From Pseudomonadota bacterium (GTDB lineage Bacteria > Pseudomonadota > Alphaproteobacteria > Rhodobacterales > Rhodobacteraceae), in NCBI GenBank assembly GCA_036337105.1, contig JAYZEV010000005.1, positions 3,084-67,083 of the forward strand: a stretch of 64,000 bases of DNA, written 5' to 3'. This document shows positions 44,524 through 56,400 of the stretch, one piece after another (within the stretch, counting starts at the first letter, position 1; every line of letters starts with the position of its first letter). The position numbers were made by a program, and so were the translations under genes. The notes beneath the pieces are model-generated. The model saw only the letters and a program-made list of their open reading frames with translations, ran no database searches and had not been told where the DNA came from.

Positions 44524-46419
44524 TCAGGCGTGCTTTGGGTACCCAATTGAATGCAGGACCTCCTTTATTTCATTCAATATTTCTGGATCGTCTATTGTCG
44601 CGGGAGCCTTAAAATTTTCACCATTCGCAATTTTTGCTATTGTAGACCTCAATATTTTGCCTGACCTTGTTTTGGGCAAACGCTCTACAACCGCTACCAA
44701 TTTGAATGCCGCAACCGGCCCAATTTTCTCTCGTACAAGAACAATTACTTCCTTTGCAATAGTCTCATGAGCTTTATTAACTCCAGAATTCAAACAGACT
44801 AACCCAAACGGAAGTTGCCCCTTTAAATCATCCAAAACCCCTACTACAGCGCACTCTGCAACATCTGGGTGGCTAGCCAAAACTTCTTCCATTGCCCCTG
44901 TGGAAAGCCGATGTCCCGCCACGTTAATTACATCGTCTGTCCGAGCCATAATATACACATAACCGTCCTGATCGATCAATCCAGCATCTCCAGTCTGATA
45001 ATACCCAGGGAAGGTACTCATATATGCTGATAGAAATCGATCATCCGCATTCCACAATGTACTTAGCGCTCCTGGTGGAAGCGGCAATTTCACTGCAATA
45101 GAACCAAGCTCGCCAGGCTCAAGCGTCTCGCCATTTTCTCCTAATATACAAATCTCATAACCAGGCATTGGCACAGACGGGGATCCAATCTTAACTGGCA
45201 AGTTTTCTATTCCAATTGGATTTCCTACCATTCCAAACCCTGTCTCAGTTTGCCACCAATGATCAATGACCGGTACCTGCAGTTTATCTTGAGCCCATAC
45301 TACTGTATCGGGATCGGCTCGTTCGCCAGCGAGAAATAAGGAATTTAAACTAGAAGTATCATATGCCTCTATATATTCCCCATCTGGATCAACTCTTTTG
45401 ATTGCTCTGAAAGCTGTTGGTGCCGTGAAAAGACAACTTACTTTATGCTCCTCGATTATCCTCCAAAAAGTACCAGCGTCTGGCGTATCGACAGGCTTAC
45501 CCTCAAACAATACCGTCGTATTTGAATTCAATAAAGGGGCATAACAAATATATGAATGACCAACTACCCAACCAACATCGGAAGCCGCCCAAAAAACTTC
45601 ATCAGGCTCAACACCATAAAGATTTTTCATTGTCCATATTAAGCTTACCATATGACCACCAGTTGGCCTTACCACTCCCTTGGGTTGCCCAGTGGTTCCA
45701 GAGGTGTACAGTATATACAAAGGATGCGAAGCTGGAACGGGAATACATTCGCAGAGCCCTGCATCCTTTTGGAACTCCTCCCATTCATGGTCTCTACCCT
45801 TTATTAAATCGGCTACAGCATTTTCTCTTTGCAATATAACGCAAAAATCGGGGTTATGCTGAGCAATTTCTATTGCTTCGTCCAAAAGAGGCTTATAGGC
45901 GACAATCTTGGAAGGTTCTATCCCGCAGGATCCAGCGATGATAGCTCTAGGCCTACAGTCATCTATTCGAACCGCTAATTCATTTGCAGCGAACCCACCA
46001 AATACCACCGAATGTATAGCCCCAATCCTTGCGCAAGCAAGCATAGCAACCAGTGCCTCAGGAATCATTGGCATATAAATGATTACGCGATCACCTTTTG
46101 AGATACCCCTTGTAAGTAGTGCAGCCCCAAGTTTTGAAACCTTTTCCAGAAGAGTTGAGAAAGAAATATTGTACTTTTGTCCCGTCACTGGACTATCGTA
46201 TATTATTGCCGTCTTATTGCCTAAGCCTTTATTTACATGCCTATCCAAAGCGTTATGACAAGTGTTCGCCACTCCATCGTCAAACCAACTAAAAAAGGGA
46301 GGGTTAGCATCGTTTAAAGCTTTTGTAGGGAATGTTTCCCAATCCACAGTTTTCGCGGCAGCCATCCAAAAATCATCAGGAGAGTTCTTCCACGAATTAT
46401 AAATTTGTGCATAGTTCAT
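44524..46419 (-). CDS. prpE: Propionate--CoA ligase / acetyl-CoA synthetase family
   Basis: 631 aa with AMP-binding signature (YTSGTTGQPKGV), the YQTGD motif and C-terminal PKTRSGKILR. The PrpE-like N-terminus and the methylmalonyl-pathway neighbours favour propionate as substrate. Confidence 0.75.
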   Translation of the reverse strand: MNYAQIYNSWKNSPDDFWMAAAKTVDWETFPTKALNDANPPFFSWFDDGVANTCHNALDRHVNKGLGNKTAIIYDSPVTGQKYNISFSTLLEKVSKLGAALLTRGISKGDRVIIYMPMIPEALVAMLACARIGAIHSVVFGGFAANELAVRIDDCRPRAIIAGSCGIEPSKIVAYKPLLDEAIEIAQHNPDFCVILQRENAVADLIKGRDHEWEEFQKDAGLCECIPVPASHPLYILYTSGTTGQPKGVVRPTGGHMVSLIWTMKNLYGVEPDEVFWAASDVGWVVGHSYICYAPLLNSNTTVLFEGKPVDTPDAGTFWRIIEEHKVSCLFTAPTAFRAIKRVDPDGEYIEAYDTSSLNSLFLAGERADPDTVVWAQDKLQVPVIDHWWQTETGFGMVGNPIGIENLPVKIGSPSVPMPGYEICILGENGETLEPGELGSIAVKLPLPPGALSTLWNADDRFLSAYMSTFPGYYQTGDAGLIDQDGYVYIMARTDDVINVAGHRLSTGAMEEVLASHPDVAECAVVGVLDDLKGQLPFGLVCLNSGVNKAHETIAKEVIVLVREKIGPVAAFKLVAVVERLPKTRSGKILRSTIAKIANGENFKAPATIDDPEILNEIKEVLHSIGYPKHA

Positions 46420-46465
46420 TGCAGACTTCCTTTTTCTGTAGGCGTCTTAAATCGTTAATTTAACG

Positions 46466-48757
46466 TTAACCATATTCCTTTACCGGTGTGCCAGCAAGAG
46501 TGGCAATATTTAGCAGACCACGCGCGGTTATCGATGGCGTGACTATATGGGCTTTATTGCCCATCCCCATCAAAATCGGACCTACTTCGATTCCGCTAGC
46601 GCACATCTTAAGAATATTACGAACACCACTAGCCGCATCTGTATTAGAAAAAACTAACACATTAGCAGAGCCATCAAACCTAGAGTTCGGTAGAATACGT
46701 GACCTCAATTCTGCATCCAAAGCGGCATCTGAATGCATTTCCCCTTCGTAAAGGAAGTCTCTATTTCTACTATCTAGGATCTCTAAAGCTTCACGCATTC
46801 GTAAACCAGAGCTACTATCTAAATTACCGAATTGCGAATGCGAACACAGAGCAACTTTCGGATCTATACCGAATCTTCGCGTGTGCCGCGCTGCCGCTAT
46901 TGTAATTTCTGACAACTGCTCAGCTGAAGGCTCCGCATGAATTTGAGTATCAGCTATAAACAACGGTCCATTTTCGAGAATCATCAAGGAAAGAGCGCCT
47001 TTGGGACTTAAATCAGAGTTAGCTAAGACATTTGTAATATACTTTAAATGCCATAGGTATTGTCCATAAGTACCGCAGATTAGGCTATCTGCTTCATTTC
47101 TATTCACCATAATCGACGCTATTGCTGTGGTATTTGTACGCATTACAGAGCGGGCCAATGCTGGCGTTACACCTCTTCTTTGCATGATAGCGTGATAGGA
47201 TTCCCAATATTCGCGAAAACGCTCGTCGTTTTCCGGATTTACAAGCTCTAAATCCTTATCTATCGAAAGCGGAAGCCCATATTTTTCAATCCTACTGGAT
47301 ACCACAGTAGGTCGACCAATTAGAATCGGCACGTCACTTGTCTCTTCAATCATTGCCAAAGCTGCCCTTAGCACTCGCTCATCTTCTCCCTCGGAGAAGA
47401 CGATGCGCCGCGACGCGGTTTTTGCAGCACTAAAAACTGGTCTCATCAAGATTGAAGTCTTGTGGACGGAGCTCTCTAAATGTTGCCGGTATTCATCAAG
47501 GTCTTTTATTGGACGAGTTGCAACTCCCGATTCTATGGCGGCTCTAGCGACAGCAGTTGCTACAACGGGAAGTAACCGGGGATCAAAAGGTTTAGGAATT
47601 ACGTAATCGGGACCAAACTTTAAGCTTTCATCCTTGTAAGCTGCGGCAGCTTCAGCAGTAGAGTGAAGTCTAGCCAACTCAGCAATCGCTTCAACACAAG
47701 CCACCTTCATTTCCTCATTTATTCGAGTAGCGCCAACGTCGAGAGCTCCCCGAAAAATAAAAGGGAAACAGAGGACATTATTTACTTGGTTAGGGTAATC
47801 TGATCTACCAGTCGCAATTATTGCATCACTGGCTACCAACCTGGCATCCTCTGGACGAATCTCGGGCTCAGGATTGGCAAGAGCTAATATTATTGGCTGC
47901 TTATTCATTTTTTTCACTAGCTCGGCAGTTAAAACTCCTGGACCAGAAAGCCCCAAAAACAAATCCGCATCAGTAAGACAATCAGCGAGGCTCTGAAAAT
48001 CAGAAGGTTGCGCAAAACTTTTTTTATGAATGTCAAGGTTACTTCTTTCTTTCGTTATCAAACCAGATCTATCAAAAAGCCAAATATTACTCTTTTTACA
48101 GCCGAGGTTTAAAAGCATGTTAAGACAAGCTATACCAGCAGCACCGCCCCCAACAGCGACGATTTTTATGTCAGAGCTCTTTTTCTTGCAAATTCGCAAA
48201 GCGTTCACAACCGCGGCACCCACAACAATCGCAGTACCATGCTGATCATCATGAAATACAGGAATATTCATATTATCTTTACAAATTTTCTCTACCAAAA
48301 AGCAGTCTGGAGCCTTGATATCTTCCAGATTCACGGCTCCAAACGAAGGTTCCAAGGCGGTAACTATTTCCGCGAGTTTTTTAGGGTTTTTCTCATTTAC
48401 TTCAATATCAAAGCAATCAATGTTCGCAAATTTCTTAAATAATACTGCCTTTCCTTCCATCACGGGTTTTGCAGCTAATGCACCAATATCACCTAAACCC
48501 AGTACCGCAGAACCATTAGAAACAACTGCCACTAAATTCGATTTCGAAGTATACTTGGATGCATTACCAGAATTCTCTCTGATTTCGAGACAGGCCTCTG
48601 CCACGCCAGGAGAATATGCTAAAGACAAATCCCGCTGATTAGCCAAAGGTTTGGTAGCTCGTATTTCTAATTTTCCGGGTCTCGGATATTGGTGGTAATC
48701 CAAGGCCGCCTGTCTTGAACTGCCACTTGCTTTTCTGCTCATTTTAATCAACCTCAT
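46466..48757 (-). CDS. maeB: NADP-dependent malic enzyme (malic enzyme fused to a PTA-like domain)
   Basis: An N-terminal malic enzyme domain (LSLAYSPGVAEAC; FHDDQHGTAIV; GGGAAGIA) followed by a ~330-aa phosphate acetyltransferase-like C-domain. Confidence 0.9.
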   Translation of the reverse strand: MRLIKMSRKASGSSRQAALDYHQYPRPGKLEIRATKPLANQRDLSLAYSPGVAEACLEIRENSGNASKYTSKSNLVAVVSNGSAVLGLGDIGALAAKPVMEGKAVLFKKFANIDCFDIEVNEKNPKKLAEIVTALEPSFGAVNLEDIKAPDCFLVEKICKDNMNIPVFHDDQHGTAIVVGAAVVNALRICKKKSSDIKIVAVGGGAAGIACLNMLLNLGCKKSNIWLFDRSGLITKERSNLDIHKKSFAQPSDFQSLADCLTDADLFLGLSGPGVLTAELVKKMNKQPIILALANPEPEIRPEDARLVASDAIIATGRSDYPNQVNNVLCFPFIFRGALDVGATRINEEMKVACVEAIAELARLHSTAEAAAAYKDESLKFGPDYVIPKPFDPRLLPVVATAVARAAIESGVATRPIKDLDEYRQHLESSVHKTSILMRPVFSAAKTASRRIVFSEGEDERVLRAALAMIEETSDVPILIGRPTVVSSRIEKYGLPLSIDKDLELVNPENDERFREYWESYHAIMQRRGVTPALARSVMRTNTTAIASIMVNRNEADSLICGTYGQYLWHLKYITNVLANSDLSPKGALSLMILENGPLFIADTQIHAEPSAEQLSEITIAAARHTRRFGIDPKVALCSHSQFGNLDSSSGLRMREALEILDSRNRDFLYEGEMHSDAALDAELRSRILPNSRFDGSANVLVFSNTDAASGVRNILKMCASGIEVGPILMGMGNKAHIVTPSITARGLLNIATLAGTPVKEYG

Positions 48758-48763
48758 TGTAGT

Positions 48764-50920
48764 TCATTTATTTAAAACCTTTTTTGTTCTCTTTCCTCGC
48801 TCGATTAGACTTAGTACTTCTCTTGCCGCCTCAGGAATATTTGTGCCAGGGCCGAATATGGCACTCACCCCGGCTTTATATAACAAATTGTGATCTCTTG
48901 ACGGTATGACACCTCCACAAATTACTAATATTTCTGTGGCATTTAACTTTGCTAACTCTTGTATTAGTTTGGGAGCTAAAGTTCTATGTCCTGCCGCTTG
49001 ACTTGAGAGACCGATTACATGAACATCATTGTCTACCGCATCTCTTGCAGCTTCAGTCGGAGTCTGGAAAAGTGGTCCTACATCGACATCAAAACCAACA
49101 TCAGCAAATGCGGTAGCAATTACTTTAGCGCCTCTGTCATGACCATCTTGCCCCATTTTTACTACCAAAAGCCTTGGTCGTCTTCCTTCACGTTCAGCAA
49201 AGTCTCCAATATCTTTTTGAACAGCTTTAAATGTCTCGTCACTTCCATTCTCTGAACCATACACCCCAGACAAAACTGTGACCTTCGCGCGGTGTCGACC
49301 AAAAATCTGTTCCATCGCAAACGATATTTCTCCGACAGTTGCTCTCTTCTTGGCGGCTTCTATAGCAGCCTCTAAAAGATTTCCGCTTTCATCTTGAGCG
49401 ACTATCTTTAGTCGCTCAAGAGCTTCTTCACAATCTTTTTGGTTTCTACTATTTTTTAGATCAGCGAGTCTTTGAATTTGCTTTTCCCTAACTTTGTTAT
49501 CATCTACATCCAATATATCAACAGGCTCCTCAGTTTCGGGCTGATATTTATTAACCCCAACGATAACTTCTTCGCCCTTATCCACAGCTGCCTGACGCAG
49601 AGCAGCAGACTCCTCTATCCTCATTTTTGGCATTCCCGACTGTACTGCTTTAGTCATACCACCCAAACTATCAATTTCTAATATTAAATCCCACGCCTTG
49701 TTCACTAGTTCATTTGTAAGACTTTCCACATAGTAACTTCCTGCTAGCGGATCAACGACTTTCGTGACACCGGTTTCTTCTTGTAGAATGATCTGCGTAT
49801 TGCGAGCAATACGCGCCGAAAATTCAGTCGGCAGACCCATTGCTTCATCAAGTGCATTCGTGTGAAGACTCTGAGTGCCACCTAGAACAGCTGACATTGC
49901 CTCATATGCTGTTCTCACTATATTATTGTAAGGGTCTTGCTGCTGCAGGCTAACACCCGAAGTTTGACAGTGAGTTCTTAAAATCGATGAAGTTGCATTT
50001 TTGGGTGCAAAATCTTTCATTATTCTTGCCCAAAGAATCCTAGCCGCTCGTAGCTTCGCAACCTCCATAAAGAAGTTCATCCCAATGGCAAAAAAGAACG
50101 AAAGACGACCAGCGAATTTATCCACATCTAATCCAGCCGATATGGCAGACTTTACATATTCCTTACCGTCTGAGAGGGTAAATGCCAGTTCTTGAACCAA
50201 GTTGGCGCCGGCCTCTTGCATATGATAACCAGATATAGATATTGAATTGAATTTTGGCATCTCAGAGCTGGTAAAGCCAATTATATCAGAAACAATTTTC
50301 ATCGAGGGTTCAGGAGGGTAGATGTAGGTATTTCTCACCATGAACTCCTTAAGTATATCGTTCTGGATCGTTCCTGTTAGTTCTCTTCGATTAACACCTT
50401 GTTCTTCCCCAGTAACTATAAAGTTTGCAAGAATTGGTATGACTGCACCGTTCATGGTCATTGACACCGACATGCCGTCTAGAGGAATACCATTAAAAAG
50501 AACTTTCATATCCTCAACACTGTCAATTGCCACGCCGGCCTTTCCAACATCGCCCTCAACCCTAGGGTGATCACTATCATAGCCTCGATGTGTTGCCAAA
50601 TCAAAGGCAACGGAAATTCCCTTCTGTCCAGAGGCAAGGTTTCTCTTATAGAATCTATTACTCTCTTCCGCAGTAGAAAATCCGGCATACTGTCTGATAG
50701 TCCACTTACGACCGGGATACATAGTAGCCTTGGGCCCCCGGACGTAGGGGGAGAAGCCAGGAAGCGACTCCGTATGATTGAGCCCTCTTAAGTCGTGTTT
50801 GGTGTAAAGCGGCTTTACCTCTATCCCCTCCGGAGTCCTCCAAATCAAGTCATCAATCGGCCTAGTTTTCAGCTCTTTGCGCGCTAAATTTTCCCACTTC
50901 TTTAACTCGTCATCACCCAT
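48764..50920 (-). CDS. Methylmalonyl-CoA mutase, single large polypeptide with a B12-binding domain
   Basis: A catalytic TIM-barrel region ([13 protein letters not shown]; [15 protein letters not shown]) and a C-terminal cobalamin-binding DxHxxG motif ([11 protein letters not shown]). Confidence 0.95.
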   Translation of the reverse strand: MGDDELKKWENLARKELKTRPIDDLIWRTPEGIEVKPLYTKHDLRGLNHTESLPGFSPYVRGPKATMYPGRKWTIRQYAGFSTAEESNRFYKRNLASGQKGISVAFDLATHRGYDSDHPRVEGDVGKAGVAIDSVEDMKVLFNGIPLDGMSVSMTMNGAVIPILANFIVTGEEQGVNRRELTGTIQNDILKEFMVRNTYIYPPEPSMKIVSDIIGFTSSEMPKFNSISISGYHMQEAGANLVQELAFTLSDGKEYVKSAISAGLDVDKFAGRLSFFFAIGMNFFMEVAKLRAARILWARIMKDFAPKNATSSILRTHCQTSGVSLQQQDPYNNIVRTAYEAMSAVLGGTQSLHTNALDEAMGLPTEFSARIARNTQIILQEETGVTKVVDPLAGSYYVESLTNELVNKAWDLILEIDSLGGMTKAVQSGMPKMRIEESAALRQAAVDKGEEVIVGVNKYQPETEEPVDILDVDDNKVREKQIQRLADLKNSRNQKDCEEALERLKIVAQDESGNLLEAAIEAAKKRATVGEISFAMEQIFGRHRAKVTVLSGVYGSENGSDETFKAVQKDIGDFAEREGRRPRLLVVKMGQDGHDRGAKVIATAFADVGFDVDVGPLFQTPTEAARDAVDNDVHVIGLSSQAAGHRTLAPKLIQELAKLNATEILVICGGVIPSRDHNLLYKAGVSAIFGPGTNIPEAAREVLSLIERGKRTKKVLNK

Positions 50921-50940
50921 AATTTAACCTTGCTTTAATT

Positions 50941-52938
50941 CTACTCATATTCGATAATAACATCGTTAACGTTAAGAGTTAAACCCGCTTTAAAATTAAT
51001 CTTTCTGATTATCCCATTTTTTTCGGCACGTAAAACATTCTCCATTTTCATTGCTTCAATTATACATAGTGGCTGACCAGCAGTTACCTTATCGCCAACT
51101 GATACATTAAGCGAAATCAGCAAGCCCGGCATTGGGCAAAGCAACAACTTTGATACGTCCTCTGGTTCTCTCTGAATCAAAAAATTTCTAAGCTCAGCTT
51201 CTCTTAAGGTTTGAACTTTCGCACTAGACTTAAAGCCTCTATAATTAATTAATAAGTTATCCCCTTCCCTTTTAATTTTAGAGACGCGTTCCTCGCCATT
51301 GATTGAAGAACGTGCAATACTTGTGTTCCTATTCCAATCTATATTTACCGTCCACTCTCTATTTTTTTCGTCCATCACTACAAACTCGGTAGCGTAACGC
51401 TTAGCACTCAACTTAAAGTGACTTTCTCCGATAGAAACAATAAGATCAGATTTTGGCTGGTTTCCGTGAAAGACACTCAATTCGGGCTCTACGAACTCAG
51501 ACTGACAAAGCTTTGACACGCAAACAGCAATTATTGCAAATTGTAGTCTAAGATTATCTGGCAGATCGAGTGGAGAAAAACAATTTTTATACTCCTTTTC
51601 CAGAAAATTGGTATTAAACTCCCCTGAAATTATATTCTGGTTATCCGCCAGAGCAGATAAGAAACTCAAATTGTGTGCTATACCTTCGATAACGAAGCTG
51701 TCAAGCGCATATCTCATTGCTATGAGTGCGGTATTACGATCGGGACCCCAAGTACATAATTTAGCAATCATTGGATCGTAATAAATAGAAATTTCAGAAC
51801 CTTCGAAAACTCCAGTATCATTTCTAATAATGCAGTCCTCACTAACAGAATTATCTGGCGGTTTATATTTTGTTAACCGGCCCACTGATGGAAGAAATTT
51901 CTTTGAAGGATCCTCCGCATAGACTCTACTCTCAAGTGCCCACCCTCGTGGTTTCAGATCTTCCTGTTTAAAGGGAAGCTTCTCCCGCGCTGCCAATCTT
52001 ATCATTTCCTCTACAAGGTCTACCCCGAACACAAGTTCTGTCACCGGATGCTCGACTTGGAGTCGAGTGTTCATTTCCAGAAAATAAAAATTTTGATCTC
52101 TATCCACTACAAACTCAACGGTGCCTGCAGAATAGTACCCAACGGCTTTGCATAATAAGATCGCTTGCTCCCCCATTCTTTCTCTTACTACACTCTTCAA
52201 GAACGGACTTGGAGCTTCTTCAAAAACCTTCTGGTTTCTACGCTGGATAGAACATTCACGCTCACCCAAATAAACATAGTTCCCATACACATCTCCAAGA
52301 ATTTGGATTTCTATATGTCGTGGGTTCGAAATAAATTTCTCTATAAAAACTCGATCATCATCAAAGCTTTTCAAGGCTTCACTTTTAGCTAAGCTAAAAT
52401 TCTCTTTTAGCTCCGACGCATTTCGAGCAACCCGCATGCCTTTACCACCTCCACCAGCGGATGCCTTGATCATGACAGGGTATCCAATGCTATCAGCTAT
52501 TTTCTCTCCCTCTATGAGACTATCTATGACACCGACGTGTCCTGGTATCGTGGATACTCCTGCGGACTCTGCAACTTTTTTTGATGTTATTTTGTCGCCC
52601 ATTGCGTTTATTGCATCCTTGGGGGGACCTATGAATGTGATATTTTCTTTCTCCAGCGCCTCACTAAAATTCCCTTTCTCAGACAGAAAGCCATACCCTG
52701 GATGTACTGCATCAACATCGTGTTTCTTACAAGCCTCAATGATTTTATCTATTGATAGATAGGAGTCACTTGCAGGAGCCAATCCTATATAGGCCGCTTC
52801 ATCCGCATCCAAAACATGTTGAGCATTTTTGTCAGCCTCGGAGAAAACTGCAACCGTCCGAATCCCCATTTTTTTTGCTGAACGAATTATTCGGCAAGCG
52901 ATTTCACCTCGATTTGCTATTAAAATCTTATTAAACAT
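50941..52938 (-). CDS. pccA: Propionyl-CoA carboxylase alpha (biotin carboxylase + BCCP) subunit
   Basis: Biotin carboxylase N-terminus (MFNKILIANRGEIACRIIR), ATP-grasp (GGGGKGMRV) and a C-terminal biotinyl-lysine motif (EAMKMEN). Confidence 0.9.
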   Translation of the reverse strand: MFNKILIANRGEIACRIIRSAKKMGIRTVAVFSEADKNAQHVLDADEAAYIGLAPASDSYLSIDKIIEACKKHDVDAVHPGYGFLSEKGNFSEALEKENITFIGPPKDAINAMGDKITSKKVAESAGVSTIPGHVGVIDSLIEGEKIADSIGYPVMIKASAGGGGKGMRVARNASELKENFSLAKSEALKSFDDDRVFIEKFISNPRHIEIQILGDVYGNYVYLGERECSIQRRNQKVFEEAPSPFLKSVVRERMGEQAILLCKAVGYYSAGTVEFVVDRDQNFYFLEMNTRLQVEHPVTELVFGVDLVEEMIRLAAREKLPFKQEDLKPRGWALESRVYAEDPSKKFLPSVGRLTKYKPPDNSVSEDCIIRNDTGVFEGSEISIYYDPMIAKLCTWGPDRNTALIAMRYALDSFVIEGIAHNLSFLSALADNQNIISGEFNTNFLEKEYKNCFSPLDLPDNLRLQFAIIAVCVSKLCQSEFVEPELSVFHGNQPKSDLIVSIGESHFKLSAKRYATEFVVMDEKNREWTVNIDWNRNTSIARSSINGEERVSKIKREGDNLLINYRGFKSSAKVQTLREAELRNFLIQREPEDVSKLLLCPMPGLLISLNVSVGDKVTAGQPLCIIEAMKMENVLRAEKNGIIRKINFKAGLTLNVNDVIIEYE

Positions 52939-52994
52939 ATTTATATTTTTATTTTCATAGTCCCGTAAAGCAGCCTAGTGCAACTAGTCAATGA

Positions 52995-53342
52995 TTATAA
53001 TACAAAAATCTCCGGAAAAGAAAGTTTTGCCTCATTTAAATCCACTCGAAGCATCGCTTCATAACAATTTGGGTCAAAAGGATCTGAAGCTGGAACAATC
53101 TCTCTACCCAAAAGCCATGAAAGTCGGCCAGCATCAAGACAACCCCGCTGAAACTTCTTCTCTCCAAAATACTCTATAATATTTCTTAAAAACTCACGAT
53201 CTGCAGCTAAATCTGATTGCCGTCGATCTCGATATCGATCCCGTCTGACTAGCTTTGTCGCTCCTTTTGGGTTAGCACGCCGTATCTTAAATTGGTAATC
53301 TGTACCTGACATTCTAGAGGGAAACCCATTATACTTTTGCAT
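52995..53342 (-). CDS. Hypothetical protein (115 aa) inserted between pccB and pccA
   Basis: ATG-initiated ORF on the operon strand that fills the pccB-pccA gap. It has a basic N-terminal half (RRANPKGATKLVRRDRYRDRRQ). I recognise no family. Confidence 0.4.
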   Translation of the reverse strand: MQKYNGFPSRMSGTDYQFKIRRANPKGATKLVRRDRYRDRRQSDLAADREFLRNIIEYFGEKKFQRGCLDAGRLSWLLGREIVPASDPFDPNCYEAMLRVDLNEAKLSFPEIFVL

Positions 53343-53352
53343 CTACGAGCGC

Positions 53353-54885
53353 CTACAAAGGGATATTATCGTGTTTCTTCCAAGGATTGGAAATATTTTT
53401 CTTTTTCAAGCTAGAGAAAGCTCGTATCACACGTTTTCGGGTGCTCCTCGGCATTATGACTTCATCAATAAAGCCTTTCTCAGCAGCCACAAAGGGAGTC
53501 GCAAATCGCTCTTCATAAGATTTTGTATAATTATCAATTTTTTCTTTATTTCCTAATTCGGATTTATAAATAATTTCTACCGCTCCCTTCGCTCCCATCA
53601 CCGCGATCTCTGCAGTGGGCCATGCATAATTGAAATCACCTCTGAGATGTTTTGAGGACATCACATCATAGGCACCGCCGTATGCTTTTCTAGTAATTAC
53701 TGTTACTTTGGGTACAGTGGCTTCTCCAAAAGCAAACAAGAGCTTTGCACCATGTTTTATTATGCCTCCATACTCCTGAGATGTACCCGGCAAGAACCCT
53801 GGGACATCTACAAAAGTCAGCAGAGGAATTTCAAAAGCATCACAAAATCGAACAAATCGTGCAGCCTTCCGTGAGCTATCAATATCTAAGCAACCTGCCA
53901 AAACCATAGGTTGATTGGCAACGACACCAACGGTAGAACCGTTTAGCCGAATAAATCCTATAAGAATATTCTTGGCAAATTCCTCCTGCAACTCAAAAAA
54001 ATCTCCATTGTCCGCAACTTTTTGAATCAGTTCGTGCATGTCATACGGTTTGTTTGGATTATCAGGTATTAAAGTGTCAAGGCTCGGCTCAATTCTCTCC
54101 AAGCTATCATCGCACCGAACTTGGGGAGGCTTTTCACGATTACTCAAGGGTAAAAAATCAAAAAAACGCCTTATCTCCTTAAGAGCACTGATGTCATTGT
54201 CAAAAGCTAGATCAGCAATTGAAGACTTACTGGTATGGGTCCCCGCTCCACCTAAATCCTCTGCCGAAACGACTTCATTTGTCACAGTCTTCACTACTTC
54301 AGGACCTGTAACAAACATGTAACTGCTGTCTTTAACCATAAATATGAAATCTGTCATGGCGGGGGAATAAACGGCGCCTCCAGCACAAGGCCCCATAACA
54401 ACGCTTACCTGTGGAACAACCCCGGAGGCTAGTATGTTCCTCTGAAAAACCTCGGCATAACCAGCGAGAGAAGCGACTCCTTCCTGAATTCTCGCACCAC
54501 CACTGTCATTCAAACCAATTATGGGGGCGCCGTTTTGCATAGCCATATCCATAATTTTGCATATTTTTATAGCATGGGTCTCTGATAACGAACCTCCCAA
54601 AACAGTAAAGTCCTGGCTGAATACGTATACCTGGCGACCGTTTATGGTACCCCAACCGGTAACCACTCCATCCCCAGGGTATTTTTGATTTGCCATTCCA
54701 AAGTCAACACACCGATGAGCGACAAACATATCAAATTCTTCGAAAGAGTCTTGGTCCAGCAGTATTTCAAGTCTCTCCCTAGCGGTTAGTTTGCCTTTTT
54801 CATGCTGAGCATCAATCCTCTTTTCTCCGCCGCCCAACTTCGCCTGTTCGCGACGCAACTTAAGTTCATCTAGTATATCTTTCAT
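53353..54885 (-). CDS. pccB: Propionyl-CoA carboxylase beta (carboxyltransferase) subunit
   Basis: 510 aa with two carboxyltransferase domains and typical segments (GGARIQEGV; [17 protein letters not shown]; [11 protein letters not shown]). Confidence 0.95.
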   Translation of the reverse strand: MKDILDELKLRREQAKLGGGEKRIDAQHEKGKLTARERLEILLDQDSFEEFDMFVAHRCVDFGMANQKYPGDGVVTGWGTINGRQVYVFSQDFTVLGGSLSETHAIKICKIMDMAMQNGAPIIGLNDSGGARIQEGVASLAGYAEVFQRNILASGVVPQVSVVMGPCAGGAVYSPAMTDFIFMVKDSSYMFVTGPEVVKTVTNEVVSAEDLGGAGTHTSKSSIADLAFDNDISALKEIRRFFDFLPLSNREKPPQVRCDDSLERIEPSLDTLIPDNPNKPYDMHELIQKVADNGDFFELQEEFAKNILIGFIRLNGSTVGVVANQPMVLAGCLDIDSSRKAARFVRFCDAFEIPLLTFVDVPGFLPGTSQEYGGIIKHGAKLLFAFGEATVPKVTVITRKAYGGAYDVMSSKHLRGDFNYAWPTAEIAVMGAKGAVEIIYKSELGNKEKIDNYTKSYEERFATPFVAAEKGFIDEVIMPRSTRKRVIRAFSSLKKKNISNPWKKHDNIPL

Positions 54886-55058
54886 TTAAGCTCTCTACGA
54901 AATACATATTATAGATTATTGTCACATCTTAACAAACAAAGGTCAAAAATGCGATACCAAATAAGAATTACATTTATACTCAGTTTGTGCGATAAACAAA
55001 CACCCCTTACTAAAACTTTTATGTTATAAGTTGAAAATTAGCGACTTTGAGGTAAATT

Positions 55059-55505
55059 GTGAACTTACGGGATAATATAGTAATTAAATCCAACAGGAAA
55101 AGGGTATGGGATGCTCTTAATGATCCTACCATACTTAGAGTTTGTATACCTGGGTGCACCGACCTCTCTGGGGATTACCAAAACGGGTTTGATGCTACGG
55201 TAAATCAGAAGATTGGCCCTGTGAAAGCAACATTTACGGGTAAGGTAACATTGTCTGAGGTAAGAGAAAGCGAAAGTTACGTAATTAGCGGCGAAGGTAA
55301 AGGAGGTGCTGCAGGCTTTGCAAAAGGTCTTGCGCGGGTTAAATTACATGATATAGCGGAAGGTACAAAATTATCGTACGAAGTTGAAGCGAAAGTTGGT
55401 GGGAAGATAGCTCAGCTAGGAGCCAGACTTATTGATGGCTTCGCCAAAAGTATGGCAAAAAAGTTTTTTGACCAATTTAAGATGGAATTGGAGAAATGTG
55501 ATTAG
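55059..55505 (+). CDS. SRPBCC-fold protein, CoxG family
   Basis: A 148-aa protein with a CoxG-like pattern (VWDALNDPTILRVCIPGC...KATFTGKVTLSE...GKGGAAGFAKG...GGKIAQLGARLIDGFAKSMAKKFF). GTG start is preceded by GAGGT. Confidence 0.7.
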   Translation: MNLRDNIVIKSNRKRVWDALNDPTILRVCIPGCTDLSGDYQNGFDATVNQKIGPVKATFTGKVTLSEVRESESYVISGEGKGGAAGFAKGLARVKLHDIAEGTKLSYEVEAKVGGKIAQLGARLIDGFAKSMAKKFFDQFKMELEKCD

Positions 55506-55581
55506 CTAATTACATAAAATGTTCGATTCAAACCAAGTCCAGTCAAGCATTTGAGGTTACTTCACTCCAATGGCTGTCTGT

Positions 55582-56307
55582 TTACCCGACTTCCTCCTCG
55601 AAATTTGTGGTCACAGTCTGCACATCATCGTCGTCTTCTAACGCATAAACCAATTTAATTAGTCTTTCCGCAGTTTCTCGATTTACCCTGGCAATCGTCT
55701 TCGGCTTCCAGATAAGCCTCGCTGTAGAGGACTCACCAAGGGTTTTTTCTAACTCTGAAGATACATAGTTTAAATCTGAGTCCGAACAAAAAATAACGTG
55801 TTCCTCACCTTCGTTGTCCACATCTTCTGCCCCAGCTTCGATAGCAGCCTCTAAAACCGTTTCAGAGTCTGAGACAGTGAGTGGATAAGTAATTAAACCA
55901 ACTCGATCGAACATAAAAGATACGGATCCTGTTTCACCTAAGTTGCCACCAAATTTACTAAAGATTGATCTAACGGTGGATGCAGTTCTATTTTTGTTAT
56001 CTGTCAAAGTCTCAACTATTATTGCAACGCCCCCGATTCCATACCCCTCGTAGCGAATTTCATCGTAATTTTCAGATGCTGACAAATCACTTTTTTTGAT
56101 CGCTCTATCTATGACATCCTTTGGTACTGAATTGGACTTTGCGTCTTTGATGGCAAGCCTCAGTCTAGGGTTTTTGTCTGGATCGGAGTCTCCCATTTTT
56201 GCCGCAACTGTTATCTCCTTTGCTATCTTCGAAAACAATTTTGATCGCACAGCATCTTGCCTACCCTTGCGATGTTGAATATTAGCCCATTTCGAATGAC
56301 CAGCCAT
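55582..56307 (-). CDS. yebC: YebC/PmpR family DNA-binding regulator
   Basis: The N-terminus [32 protein letters not shown] is diagnostic for the family. Confidence 0.9.
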   Translation of the reverse strand: MAGHSKWANIQHRKGRQDAVRSKLFSKIAKEITVAAKMGDSDPDKNPRLRLAIKDAKSNSVPKDVIDRAIKKSDLSASENYDEIRYEGYGIGGVAIIVETLTDNKNRTASTVRSIFSKFGGNLGETGSVSFMFDRVGLITYPLTVSDSETVLEAAIEAGAEDVDNEGEEHVIFCSDSDLNYVSSELEKTLGESSTARLIWKPKTIARVNRETAERLIKLVYALEDDDDVQTVTTNFEEEVG

Positions 56308-56400
56308 AGATCCTCCTGGAAATTGTTACAAGACTTATATAAAAAACTATCTTAAATGGGCAAGAGTTATCTAACTTTTATTCTTTACTGAAGCCTTTAC

